Source: Pristiophorus japonicus (Eukaryota). From it: DNA of 64,000 nucleotides. Made by a program: the position numbers and the translations under genes. The stretch spans positions 143,530,001-143,594,000 of the forward strand of contig NC_091984.1 of assembly GCF_044704955.1 (NCBI RefSeq), in the 5' to 3' direction. A model generated the notes under the pieces. It made no database searches. It saw nothing but the letters and a program-made list of their open reading frames with translations, and had not been told where the DNA came from. The stretch's first letter is position 1; the number at the start of each line of letters is the position of its first letter. Shown here in pieces: positions 13,441-27,300 of this stretch.

Positions 13441-15018
13441 TCCATTATCTGGTCATAGTCACATGTGGGAGCTTGCTATGCACAAACTGTCTGTCGTGTC
13501 TCCTCCATTACCGCTGTGACTACACTTCAAAAATACTTCATTGGCTGTAAAGCGTTTTGGGACGTCCTGAGGTGGTGAAAGGCGCTATATAAATGCAAGT
13601 CTTTCTTACCAATTCAGCTCAACATCTTTGAAACCCAAACCCACGGACAGTGACGGACAGGTAAAGACCCTGTGGTCCATCCAGCCCATCCCACACAATT
13701 GTGATACCTTGTGTATCACAGTATAGACTCTCCACCCCACCCAAAACGACCTGATCTCCTGGGAGAGGCGAAAAACCAGGGAAAAAACCCATTGGGGGAA
13801 ATAAATCTGGGAAACTCCTCTCCGACCGCCCCCGCTCTCCCCCCGGGCGATGGAAACTAGTCCAGGAGGTCACTGTGGCCCTGAATTCCCTGCAGTAACT
13901 ACCTTCTGTAAGTGGTGATCTCCGCACCGGCCACAAACAGGTCCTGCTCTCGCTTATGTACAGCTCATGGATTTAAAATTACAAGCTTTCCCCACAGTGT
14001 CAAGTGCTGCAAATACTGTGTTACATTATCAGGGTTATATTCTCACTGTCTGTCATTGTCACAACACTTGCTATATAAATGCAAGTTGTTGTTGTGTTCA
14101 GGGGCCGCTGTATCTGGCTCAGGCTTCTTATCCATCCCCCCTTCCCTTCCCCCTCCATTGGGGGCCATGCCTTCAGCTGCCTGGGCCCTAACTCCCTGCT
14201 CCCTAAACCTCTCTGCCGCTCCACCCCTCTCCTCTTTTAAGATCTCCCTTCAAACCCAATCTGTGACTCTCCCTCCCAGCCCCTGCCCCTTTGGCTCAGC
14301 ACCACTTTGACCAGATTACGCCTCTGTCAGCTGCCTCGGGATGTTGTTCTAATGTTCCAGTTGCTATAGCAAATCAGGTTGTTGCTGCTGTACCTGGTGG
14401 CAGAGCGTCTCTGTGTAGATGTACCCCGTGCACCGAGCTCCGCGGTGATGCCTCCCACAGTGGAATGGCCTGCCGATGCTCGCTTCAGTGCGGAGTGGCT
14501 ACTAACCCGCCAATCGGTCTGAGACACCGCCTCAAGAGCGGACAAGGAGATACACGCTGAGATCCACCATCAAATGACACACGGGGAACTGGAAATGATT
14601 CTGCAAACCTGACTGGAGGTTTGGTACAAACGGGTTTTACAAACCAATCAATTGAGTGACACAGAAATTGTTCAAAAATGTGGTCTTTTCAGAATCAACA
14701 TCGCCCCCTTTTGGTATGAAGAGAGCACTGCCAATTTCCCTCACAATTTGACTGAGCTGCAATTTTCAATGTCTCCTTACGTGGTTCGCTGTCAATCTTT
14801 ATTATATAACGCTCCTGTGAAGTTCTCGGGGAGTTTTCCTGTGTTAAAGGTGCTGCATAAAAGTTGCTGTTGTTGTTTGTTCTGAGTTAGCTGTTTCAAC
14901 TGAGGTTGGGATATGACTCACAGCTCAGACTGTGCGGCATCCAGTGATGCAATGTTGTATCTGGGTTCAAGCCCCACTCCAGGGACCTGAGTGTAAAAGA
15001 AAGACATACACTACTGTG

Positions 15019-15149
15019 CAGTCCTGAGGGAATGCTGCACTGTCAGAGGGGCAGTACTGAGGGAGTGCCGCACTGTCAGAGGGGCAGTACTGAGGGAGTG
15101 CCGCACTGTCGGAGGGGTGGTACTGAGGGAGTGCCGCACTGTCGGAGGG
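15019..15149 (+). repeat. SINE-derived 33-bp minisatellite, about 4 copies
   Basis: CAGTACTGAGGGAGTGCCGCACTGTCAGAGGGG units. Confidence 0.85.
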
Positions 15150-15545
15150 TGTGCGTGTGTGCATTGGTAAATTTCAGTCCTAGTCACACAGCAATTGTTG
15201 GCAACGTTCTCTGATGAAGTCCATGTAGCCCCTGTTGGGTTCTCCTGGATTATTCTCAGTTACTGAGGAAGTCTCGGCCGATCCAATACATGGGAATACC
15301 GAGCGCAGTGTTGACCGACTGGACCTGGTGACCTGCAGCAACACCTGGACCCTCCGATTCCCCTCTTGGCCAAGTTTCCCAGCACACTGAGCGCTTCAGT
15401 CCTCACTTTATCTCACGGCATCGCAGAGCGGTTGAATCCTTGCCTGGGATTTGTCTGCAAACAGTTGGATGGTGTCTGCTCTCAACTGGATTATGTTCTT
15501 ACAGAGGCTCGACAGCGCCTCCTTCTGGTTCTCCTTGTTCCCCCA

Positions 15546-16245
15546 CAACAACAACAACAACAACTTGTATTTATATAGCGCCTTTAATGGAGTGAAACGT
15601 CCCAAGGCGCTTCACAGGAGTATTATGGGATACAAATTTGACACCTAGCCGCATAAGTAGAAATTAGTGCTGGTCAAACAGGTCGGTTTTAAGGGGCGTC
15701 TTGAAGGAGGAAAGAGAGGTAAAGAGGCAGAGAGGTTTAGGGAGAGAGTTCCAGAGCTTGGGGCTCAAGCAACAGAAGGCACGGCCACCAATGGTTGAGC
15801 GATTATAATCAGGGGTGCTCAGAAGGGCAGAATTAGAGGAGCGCAGACATCTTGGTTGGTTGTGGGGCTGGAGGAGATTACAGAGATAGGGAGGGGCGAG
15901 GCCATGGAGGGTTTTGAAAATAAGGATGAGAATTTTGAAATCAAAGGCGTTGCTTAACCGGGAGCCAATGTAGGTCAGCGAGCACAGGGGTGATGGGTGA
16001 ACAGGACTTGGTGCGAGTTAGGACACAGGCAGCTGAGTTTTGGGTCACCTCTAGTTTACATCGAGTAGAATCTGGGAGACCAGCCAGGATTGCGTTGGAA
16101 TAGTCGAATCTAGAGGTAACAAAGCATGGATGAGGGTTTCAGCAGCGGATGAGCTGAGGCAAGTGCGGGGACACGTAATGTTGTGGAGATGGAAATAGAT
16201 GGTCTTAGTTATGCTGCGGATGTGTGGTCGAAAGCTCAGACTAAT
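15546..16245 (-). mobile_element. L2-clade LINE 3' end splitting the MROH relic
   Basis: Same family as 1898-2315, with (CAA)n on +. Confidence 0.8.
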
Positions 16246-19200
16246 CAATGTGCCCGTCACTTTATGAGACCAGTAATGGGCTCCAATTGTAATGTTGCCC
16301 AGTCCCGTGACACGGCAACTGGACAAGTGTAGAGCAAACACCCCAACAATCTGCTCACCAGCGTGTCTGTGAGCTGCAGCTGTGAAACCCGTGGAGATTT
16401 GAACAACTCTCCGAAGGAGGAAGCCACGGTGATTGGCTGACAGTCTGGGACGGGAAGGATCGGAGCTGCCAGCCCTTCCACAATGCCAGGCAGGCTGAGG
16501 CCAGTGTATTTCACCATTGCTCTGACCGGCAGGACAGCCTCCTTGTCGGACTTTCCCAGGTCCATCATCTGGTCCCATCCCCCCCTTTTCACCGTGTCCT
16601 TACCGACTGTTTTATTATTGGTCGGAGCCAGTGGGTCCTTTAGTGCCCCCACACAGTTCATGCCCATCTCTGCTTCTCCATGTTCCACAGCCAGCTGAGA
16701 AATCTCTCTGGTTGGATTTGCCGTGGGGAGCAGTACCATTGAGCAGAGAAACATTAACACAGGGGTTGAGATGAATGAGCAGGGCGCAGAATAACAGCGG
16801 GAATAATGTAGTCACTGCCTCTGCCAACTCGGGCTTAGTGTTCAGACGGTGGCCAGGGTTCGAAGGGTTAATTAGATTGAAGCTCTCTCCTCGTTGCTCT
16901 CTCAGGCACAAATGCACAGTCTGTAGCACTTTGCTGTGATTGGTCCACCCCTGAGGTTTCTGTGTTGCCATGGTTTCCATTATGAGGCCAGGGGACATGT
17001 GCCCTCAGTGGTGATGTGACCCGCGGAGGTCATGTGCCCATATAAATCCTGCCCGCTGTGTGTATCAGTTTAAGGTGGGTGTTGGGGGTGAAGGGCCAGA
17101 CCTGAGATACAGACCATACGGACAAGGCAACATTCACATCCCTGGGCAGCCATGTTGCATTGAGCAGCTGGTTGTTCCTAATAGACAACCCTCCGCACCA
17201 CAGACTCTCAAAGTCCTTGTGGCAAAAGGTGTAGAAATGGGAGTGTCCCACAGACATTTCCAGCAGCATTGCCCCAAATTGGGATTTTCATGTGTCGGGG
17301 ATTGAAACTGTTTAATGACGTCATGAAGAATTAGTTGTGACATCAGAGCATTTTGTTGTGACATCAGAGCGGTCCATTGTGACATGTGTTCCAGTCTTCG
17401 CCCCTTAAAATGGCCGTTTATTGCCGACCAGCCCAGGTTTCTACCCCACATATCCTCCCTGCTTTCCTCCTTTGGCCTCGAGAGAGAAATCTCAGATCAC
17501 ACACAGATCGGGAGAACTTTATCCGGGAACATTGCGGCACACTTGTATAAACACACTTCAGCAAGGCTTCATGTTGGGTGTCGGTGTAGAAGCTTCTAGA
17601 TTGCATTTAAAAGCTTGCTGCCCAGCACCGGGGTGAGGTCAAGGGTGAGGCGACAATTAGCCTCAGTTGACCGGGGTCAGGCAGGGTCACTGCTCCCAAT
17701 GATCCCGTGACCTCCTGGAAGGTCAGAGTGCGTGGACAATGGGCGAGGGTCAGGATCAGGGCCCTCTCACTTCAATGAAAGAAAGCCTTAAATTTATATT
17801 GCGCCTTTCACAACCTCAGGACGTCCCAAGATGCTTTACAACCAATTGCACACAGGAAGATTTTCGAGGATGTTGCGAAGACTGGAAAATTTTAGCTATG
17901 AGGAGAGATTGGATAGGCTGGGTTTGTTTTCTTTGGCACAGAGGAGGCTGAGGGGAGATTTAATTGAGGTGTATAAAATTATGAAGGGCCTAGATAGAGT
18001 GGATAGGATGGAACTATTTTCCTCAGCAGATTGGTCAACAACCAGGGCATAGATTTAAAGTAATTGGTGAGAGGTTTAGAGGGGATTTGAGGGGAAATTT
18101 CTTCACCCAGAGGGTGGTGGGGGTCTGGAACTCACTGCCTAAAAGGGTGGTAGAGGCAGAAACCCTCACCACTTTTAAAAAGTACTTGGATGTGCACTTG
18201 AGTTGCCGTAACCCACAGGGTTACGGACCCAGAGCTGGAAAGTAGGATTAGGGTGGATAGATCTTTGTCGGCTGGCGTGGACACGATGGGCCGAATGGCC
18301 TCCTTTCATGCAGTAAATTTCTCTGATTCTATGAAGCTCCAGACTGCAATGAGATCATGACCAGATCATCGGTTTTAACTATGTTAGTTGTGGGATAAAT
18401 ATTGGCCAGGACACTGGGAAGAACCTCCTTGTCCTTCCAATCATGATTATATGAGCTTTCATGCCCACTTGAGTTAGATTTAGCGTAGTTATGTAAAAGG
18501 ACAAAGATAGAGCAGGAATAAAGGTTCTCAATTGCGGAAAGGCCCATTTTACTAAGCTGAGAGGTGATTTAGCAAAAGTGGGCTGGAAACAGCTGCTTGA
18601 AGGTAAATCAGTGTCAGAGCAGTGGGAGGTATTCAAGGGGGAGATAGTGAGTGTTCAGAGTAAGTATGTTCCACAAAGGAAAAGGGTGGCCCCTGGATGG
18701 CAAAGGGCATACAGGGTAGGATAAGGCAAAAAAGGGAAGCTTATGTCAGATACCCAGAGCTAAATACTGCAGAAAGCCCAGAGGCACATCGAAAGTGCAG
18801 GGGTGAAATTAAAAAGGAAACTAGGAATGCAAAGAAAGGGCATGAAAAGATATTGGCAAGTAAAATCAAGGAAAACCCAAAGATGCTTTGTAAATACATA
18901 AAGAGCAAGAGGATAACTCAGGAAAGAGTTGGGCCGATTGGAGACCAAAAAGGGAACCAGTGTGTGGAGGCAGAAGACGTGGGTATGGTTGTAAGTGAAT
19001 ACTTTGCATCTGTCTTCACAGAAGAGAGGAACGATGCAGACATTGTAATTAAGGAGAAGTATGAAATATTAGATGTGATAAACATAGTGAGAGAGGAAGC
19101 ATTCAGGGGTTTAGCTTCTTGGAAAGTGGATAAATCCCCAGGCCCAGTTGAAATATATCCCAAGGGAGGAAATAGCGGAGGTTCTGACCATCATTTTCCA

Positions 19201-19366
19201 ATCATCCCTGGCTACAGGTGTGGTGTTGGAGGACTGGAGGACTGCTAACGTGGTACCTTTGTTTAAAAAGTGAGAAAAGGATAGCCCAAGTAATTACAGG
19301 CCAGTCAGCCTAACCTCGGTGGTGGGAAAATTATTGGAAACAAATCTGAGGGAGAGGATAAATTGA

Positions 19367-22300
19367 GCAATAGTGATTGGGGATTCAATGGTGAGGGGAA
19401 TAGATAGGCGTTTCTGCGGCCGCAACCGAGACTCCAGGATGGTATGTTGCCTCCCTGGTGCAAGGGTCAAGGATGTCTCGGAGCGGGTGCAGGACATTCT
19501 AAAAAGGGAGGGAGAACAGCCAGTTGTCGTGGTGCACATTGGTACCAACGACATAGGTAAAAAAAGGGATGAGGTCCTACGAAACGAATTTAAGGAGCTA
19601 GGAGCTAAATTAAAAAGTAGGACCTCAAAAGTAGTAATCTCGGGATTGCTACCAGTGCCATGTGATAGTCAGAGTAGGAATCGCAGGATAGCGCAGATGA
19701 ATACGTGGCTTGAGCAGTGGTGCAACAGGGAGGGATTCAAATTCCTGGGGCATTGGAACCGGTTCTGGGGGAGGTGGGACCAGTACAAACCGGACGGTCT
19801 GCACCTGGGCAGGACCGGAACCAATGTCCTAGAGGGAGTGTTTGCTAGTGCTGTTGGGGAGGATTTAAACTGATATGGCAGGGGGATGGGAACCAATGCA
19901 GGGAGACAGAGGGAAACAAAAAGGAGGCAAAAGCAAAAGACAGAAAGGAGATGAGGAAAAGTGGAGGGCAGAGAAACCCAAGGCAAAGAACAAAAAGGGC
20001 CACTGTACAGCAAAATTCTAAAAGGACAAAGGGTGTTAAAAGAACAAGCCTGAAGGCTTTGTGTCTTAATGCAAGGAGTATCTGCAATAAAGTGGATGAA
20101 TTAACTGTGCAAATAGATGTTAACAAATATGATGTGATTGGGATTACAGAGAAGTGGCTCCGGAATGATCAGGGCTGGGAACTCAACATCCAGGGGTATT
20201 CAACATTCAGGAAAGATAGAATAAAAGGAAAAGGAGGTGGGGTAGCATTGCTGGTTAAGGAGCAAATTAAGGCAATAGTTCGGAAGAACATTAGCTTGGA
20301 TGATGTGGAATCTATATGGGTAGAGCTGCAGAATACCAAAGGACAAAAAACGTTAGTGGGAGTTGTGTACAGACCTCCAAACATTAGTAGTGATGTTGGG
20401 GAGGGCATCAAACATGAAATTAGGGGTGCGTGCAATAAAGGTGCAGCAGTTATAATGGGTGACTTTAATATGCACATAGATTGGGTTAACCAAACTGGAA
20501 GCAATACGGTAGAGGAGGATTTCCTGGAGTGCATAAGGGATGGTTTTTTAGACCAATATGTCGAGGAACCAACTAGGGGGGAGGCCATCTTAGACTGGGT
20601 GTTGTGTAATGAGAGAGGATTAATTAGCAATCTCGTTGTGCGAGGCCCCTTGGGGAAGAGTGACCATAATATGGTGGAATTCTGCATTAGGATGGAGAAT
20701 GAAACAGTTAATTCAGAGACCATGGTCCAGAACTTAAAGAAGGGTAACTTTGAAGGTATGAGGCGTGAATTGGCTAGGATAGATTGGCGAATGATACTGA
20801 AGGGGTTGACTGTGGATGGGCAATGGCAGACATTTAGAGACCGCATGGATGAACTACAACAATTGTACATTCCTGTCTGTCGTAAAAATAAAAAAGGGAA
20901 GGTGGCTCAACCGTGGCTATCAAGGGAAATCAGGGATAGCATTAAAGCCAAGGAAGTGGCATACAAATTGGCCAGAAATAGCAGAGAACCCGGGGACTGG
21001 GAGAAATTTAGAACTCAGCAGAGGAGGACAAAGGGTTTGATTAGGGCAGGGAAAATGGAGTACGAGAAGAAGCTTGCAGGGAACATTAAGACGGATTGCA
21101 AAAGTTTCGATAGATATGTAAAGAGAAAAAGGTTAGTAAAGACAAACGTAGGTCCCCTGCAGTCAGAATCAGGGGAAGTCATAACGGGGAACAAAGAAAT
21201 GGCGGACCAATTGAACAATTACTTTGGTTCGGTATTCACTGAGGAGGACACAAACAACCTTCCGGATATAAAAGGGGTCGGAGGGTCTAGTAAGGAGGAG
21301 GAACTGAGGGAACTCCTTATTAGTCGGGAAATTGTGTTGGGAAAATTGATGGGATTGAAGGCCGATAAATCCCCAGGGCCTGATGGACTGCATCCCAGAG
21401 TACTTAAGGAGGTGGCCTTGGAAATAGTGGATGCATTGACAGTCATTTTCCAACATTCCATTGACTCTGGATCAGTTCCTATGGAGTGGAGGGTAGCCAA
21501 TGTAACCCCACTTTTTAAAAAAGGAGGGAGAGAGAAAACAGGGAATTACAGACCGGTCAGCCTGACATCGGTAGTGGGTAAAATGATGGAATCAATTATT
21601 AAGGATGTCATCGCAGTGCATTTGGAAAGAGGTAATATGATAGGTCCAAGTCAGCATGGATTTGTGAAAGGGAAATCATGCTTGACAAATCTTCTGGAAT
21701 TTTTTGAGGATGTTTCCAGTAGAGTGGACAAGGGAGAACCAGTTGATGTGGTATATTTGGACTTTCAGAAGGCTTTCGACAAGGTCCCACACAAGAGATT
21801 AATGTGCAAAGTTAAAGCACATGGGATTGGGGGTAGTGTGCTGACATGGATTGAGAACTGGTTGTCAGACAGGAAGCAAAGAGTAGGAGTAAATGGGGAC
21901 TTTTCAGAATGGCAGGCAGTGACTAGTGGGGTACCGCAGGGTTCTGTGCTGGGGCCCCAGCTTTTTACACTGTACATTAATGATTTAGACGAGGGGATTA
22001 AATGTAGTATCTCCAAATTTGCGGATGACACTAAGTTGGGTGGCAGTGTGAGCTGCGAGGAGGATGCTATGAGGCTGCAGAGCGACTTGGATAGGTTAGG
22101 TGAGTGGGCAAATGCATGGCAGATGAAGTATAATGTGGATAAATGTGAGGTTATCCACTTTGGTGGTAAAAACAGAGAGACAGACTATTATCTGAATGGT
22201 GACAGATTAGGAAAAGGGCAGGTGCAAAGAGACCTGGGTGTCATGGTACATCAGTCATTGAAGGTTGGCATGCAGGTACAGCACGCGGTTAAGAAAGCAA

Positions 22301-22957
22301 ATGGCATGTTGGCCTTCATAGCAAGGGGATTTGAGTACAAGGGCAGGGAGGTGTTGCTACAATTGTACAGGGCCTTGGTGAGGCCACACCTGGAGTATTG
22401 TGTACAGTTTTGGTCTCCTAACCTGAGGTAGGACATTCTTGCTATTGAGGGAGTGCAGCGAAGGTTCACCAGACTGATTCCCGGGATGGCGGGACTGACC
22501 TATCAAGAAAGACGGGATCAACTGGGCTTGTATTCACTGGAGTTCAGAAGAATGAGAGGGGACCTCATAGAAACGTTTAAAATTCTGACGGGGTTAGACA
22601 GGTTAGATGCAGGAAGAATGTTCCCAATGTTGGGGAAGTCCAGAACCAGGGGACACAGTCTAAGGATAAGGGGGAAGCCATTTAAGACCGAGATGAGGAG
22701 GAATTTCTTCACCCAGAGAGTGGTGAACCTGTGGAATTCTCTACCACAGAAAGTTGTTGAGGCCAATTCACTAAATATATTCAAAAAGGAGTTAGATGAA
22801 TTCCTTACTACTAGGGGAATCAAGGGGTATGGTGAGAAAGCAGGAATGGGGTACTGAAGTTGCATGTTCAGCCATGAACTCATTGAATGGCGGTGCAGGC
22901 TAGAAGGGCCAAATGGCCTACTCCTGCACCTATTTTCTATGTTTCTATGTTTCTATG
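19367..22957 (+). mobile_element. Young near-complete CR1 LINE (ORF1 SGNH esterase part plus ORF2 EN-RT)
   Basis: ORF1 GDS/GTND/DGLH (19373-19873). ORF2 from 19951 has APE (GDFN, LD, SDH) and RT, a single premature TAG at 22429 and continues to 22857. (TTTCTATG)3 tail; nested in an older CR1. Confidence 0.95.
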
Positions 22958-24304
22958 TCATATAGAAAGGGACGGATTAATCAAGGACAGTCAGCATGGA
23001 TTTGTTAGTGGAAGGTCGCGCCTGACTAACTTGAGTGAATTTTTTGCGGAGATAACAAGGAGGGTCGATGAATGTTGCACCTTTCATGTTGTCTACATGG
23101 ATTTTTGCAAGGCATTTGGTAAAGTCTCACATGGCAGAAAAGTAAAAAGCCCAGGGATCCAAGGGAAAGTGGCAAGTGGGATCCAAAATTGGCTGAGTGG
23201 CAGTCTCTCACTCTGTCTCCGTCTCTCGCTCTCCCTTCCCCACAGACTCCCAGGTGCAGCACACTGAAATGCAGAGTAAACCTCCCTGTGCCCTGCCCCA
23301 CCAATGGATGTTAACCCTTGACCCCAGAGCATGCCTTCTCCTGGAGTAAGGCCCCATTCCCCACAGTGGCCATCCCTTTACCTCTCTCAGTACACTGGCT
23401 GTTTATTGCCCAATTAAGGGCCGTTCTGTGCTGTGGGCCAATTCTCAGTGGGGACCGGTTTGGACAGAAATCTCATTTCATGAAGGCTCAACAGAGGGAG
23501 GAGATCCTCACCCCATCGATGTGAGCTGGAGCGACAGGACAGGGTCTGACCCACGGCCCGATCCTGTCTGCTCAGAACATCTTCGAATCCCTTCCCCTCT
23601 CCTTCCCCTTCCCCTTCCATGGCCTGGCTCCAGGTCAGGGTGTGCCAATGATCCCAAATTTGCACCAGGAAGGGTCCGCACTCCACGTCTACCATGGACT
23701 CCATATCCCACTGGTCCTCCAATCGAGCCCAGGCAACATGGTTCCTTCTTATTGGTCCCCCAGTAGGGACCAGGAAACATGGCTCCTTCCTATTGGTCCC
23801 ACAATAGGGACCAAGAAATATGGATCCTTCCTATTGGTCCCCCAATAGGGACCAGGCAACATTGCTCCTTCCTATTGGACCACACTGAACTACTGCCCCT
23901 GACATCCCTGCCCTCTGAGAGTCTGTGCTGAGGGTGAGGTGCCCTGCGGTCAGTTATCCTGTTGGCAAGCATCTTGAGAATGTTGGCACGTTAAAGGCAC
24001 CAGATCAATGCAGACTGTGTGTGGATTTCGGGTGTGGATAGTGCTGGACACAATGGTGAGGCCTCCTGCAGTCGGATATCCTGCTGAGAGAGTCCAGGCT
24101 TACACACGTGGAATGGGGAAGTGGGTGAGGTTGGAACGTGCTGTCAGGGCCCATGGAACTGGACCCCAGCATGAAGCCTTCCTCAGGAGAGGAGAGGGAA
24201 TGTTCAGAGCCCTGGGCTCCATTTTCCACACCAGGCATTTCCTGTCCCAGTGAATGAATGAGATGCCAATTTTGTGCCCAGGTTAGGGGCAATCTAGTGC
24301 TGTG

Positions 24305-27300
24305 GAAAACTGCAAAAGTAATGCCCCTCTTTAGAAAAGAAGGCAGTCAAAAAGCAGGAAACTATAGACCAGTTAGGCTAACATCTGTAGTTGGGAAAAT
24401 GTTGGAGTCCATTATTAAAGAAGCAGTGGCAGGAGATTTGGGAAAGCATAATTCAGTCCGGCAGAGTCAGCATGGATTTATGAAGGGGAAGTCATGCTTG
24501 ACAAATTTGCTGGAATTCTTTGAGGTTGTAAAGAACAGGGTGGATAAAGGGGAACCAGTGGATGTGGTGTATTTGGACTTCCAGAAGGCATTTGAGAAGG
24601 TGCCACGTAAAAGGTTACTGCGCAAGATAAAAGTTCATGGGGTTGGGGGTAATATATTAGTATGGTTAGAGGATTGGCTAACTAACAGAAAACAGAGAGT
24701 CGGGATAAATGGTTCATTCTCAGGTTGGCAATCAGGAACTAGTGGGGTGCCATAGGGATCAGTGCTGGGACCTCAATATTTACAATCTATATTAACGACT
24801 TGGATGAAGGGACTGAGTGTAATGTAGCCAAATTTGCTGATGATACAAAGATGGGAGGAAAAGCAATGTGTGAGGAGCACACACAAAATCTGCAAAAAGA
24901 CATTGACAAGCTAAGTGAGTGGGCAAACATTTGGTAGGTGGTGTATAATGTTGGAAAGTGTGAGGTTATGCCCTTTGCCACAAATAATCATTAAGCAAAT
25001 TATTATTTAAATGGAAACAAATTACCAAGTGCTTCAGTACAGCAGGACCTGGGGGTCCTGGTGCATGAAGCACAACAGGATAGTATGCAGGTACAGCAAT
25101 TGATCAGGAAGACAAATGGAATCTTGGCCTTTATTGCAAAGGGGATGGAGTATAAAAGCAGGGAAGTCTTGATACAATTATACAGGGTATTGGTGAGGCC
25201 ACACCAGGAAAACTGCATACAGTTTTGCTTTCCATATTTACGAAAGGCTAAGCTTTCAAGCAGTTCAGAGAAGGTTCATAGAAACATACAAACAAAGAAA
25301 ATAGGTGTTGGAGTAGGCCATTCGGCCCTTCGAGCCTGCACCACCATTCAATATGATCATGGCTGATCATGCAACTGCAGTACCCCATTCCTGCTTTCTC
25401 TCTATACCCCTTGATCCCTTTAGCTATAAGGGCCATATCTAACTCCCTTTTGAATATATCTAACAAAGTGGCCTCAACAACTTTCTGTAGCAGAAAATTC
25501 CACATGCTCACAACTCTCTGACTGAAGAAGTTTCTCCTCAACTCGGTTCTAAATGGCTTACCCCTTATCCTCAGACAGTGATCCCTGGTTCTGGACTTCC
25601 CCAACATCGCAAACATTCTTCCTGCATCTAATCTGTCCAATCCCGGCAGAATTTTATATGCTTCTATGAGATCCCCACTCATTCTTCTAAATTTAATTGA
25701 ATATAAGCCTAGTCGATCCAGTCTTTCTTCATTTGTCAGTCCTGTCATCCCAGGCATCAGTCTGGTGAACCTTCGCTGCACTCACTCAATAGCAAGAACG
25801 TCCTTCCTCAGATTAGGAGACCAAAACTGTACACAATATTCAAGGTGTGGCCTCATCAAGGCCCTGTACAACTGCAGTAAGACTTCCCTGCTCCTATACT
25901 CAAATCCTCTCGCTATGAAGGCCAACATGCTATTTGCCATCTTCACCACCTGCTGTACCAGATGTCTCATTGAGCAAGAGGCGCTTCAGGTGCCTGGACA
26001 GGTCTGGAGGCGCCCTTCAGTACTCACCAGCGAGGATGTACAGGATAATTGTGGTGTGCTGCATTATGCAAAACATAGCACATCAATGAGGACTATTTGT
26101 GCAGGAGGAACCAGTAGCTCAGCACTCCTCATCTGATCTGCATTCCAATGAAGTGGAGGAGGACAAGGAGCAGGAAGAGAAAGAAGAAGCCGCCAAAGTC
26201 ACCACTGGGATGATTCCGGGGATGAGGGGGTTGACTTATGAGGAAGGTTGAGTCAGTTGTGCCCTTGCTCATTGGAATTTAGAAGAATGAGAGGTGATCT
26301 TATCGAAACGTATAAGGTTATGAGGGGGCTCGACAAGGTGGATGCAGAGAGGATGTTTCCACTGATAGGAGAGACTAGAATGAGCGGGCATGATCTTAGA
26401 ATAAGGGGCCACCCATTTAAAACTGAGATGAGGAGGAATTTTTCCTCTCAGAGGGTTGTGAATCTGTGGAATTCGCTGCCTCAGAGACCTGTGGAAGCTG
26501 GGTCATTGAATAAATTTACAAAAGCGAGCGACAGTTTCTTAACCGATAAGGGAATAAAGGGTTATGGGGAGCGGGCATGGAAGTGGAGCTGAGTCCATGA
26601 TCGGATCACCCATGATCTTATTAAATGGTGGAGCAGGCGCGAGGGGCCGTATGGTCTCCTCCTGCTCCTATTTCTTATGTTCAATATGTTCTTAAAGTGA
26701 GGAGGAGTGGGACTAAATGGGTAATTCTTTCAAAGAGCCGGCACAGGCACGATGGGCCGAATGGCCTCTTTCTGTGTTATAAGATTCTAGGCTGTGAGTG
26801 CAATTCACAGTTTTCTCCCGTGTCATTAACAAACGTACAGCTGTGACAACCTCCCTCTTTCACTTCCTCTGTGGGTGAAGTTTCATTCTTCTGATCTGAC
26901 AATCTCTTCAGTTATTTTTTGCACGGGGGATTTCTGCTGTGGTCTGTGTCTCTAATAATAACCATCCAATCAGGCAGAATAACAGCAGCTCGGACCGGCT
27001 AGGACAGCGGACCCAGGCTCAGTACTGACCCTGCAACGTCCTCCTCACCAACATCTGGGGACTTGTGTCAAAAGTGGGAGAGCTGCCCCACAGACTAGTC
27101 AAGCACCAGTCTGACATTGTCCTACTCACAGAATCAGATCTTTCAGCCAATGTCCCACAGCCCACCCCTCACACCGCACCCCCCCACCCCCCGAATCCCG
27201 TGAAAAATAAACAGGAACTCTTTTGAAGAAGAGTCTGTTCTGAGATTCTGGGTGTGAGATATTCTGTGCTGAGAAAACAATCACTATCACTACAGAAAAA

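Larger units (their letters stand above)
14394..17290 (-). pseudogene. MROH1: Maestro HEAT-like repeat (MROH1-like) pseudogene, C-terminal part, copy 1
   Basis: Collinear degraded peptides: AVTTLFPLLFCALLIHL; GGWDQMM...RAMVKYTGLSLP...QPITVASSFGELFKS (16257-16760); EALSSLCK...ARIQPLCD/DKVRTEALSVLGNLAK and YMDFIRERCQQL (15190-15545); exon-like 14394-14556. These match the recalled MROH1 order (LYPQLF, GGWE, RAM, QRVTTTAFLAELL, EAMLGL, RIRPFFD, TCKHL). Split by an L2 insert. Confidence 0.75.

Noticed and set aside
15019-15149. CRISPR-like array
   Set aside because: Head-to-tail SINE-derived units without spacers, in eukaryotic DNA.
16936-17047. Plus-strand promoter (ATTGG, X-box-like, E-box, TATAAA)
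   Set aside because: Lies within the minus-strand MROH-like coding relic and no plus-strand gene follows.
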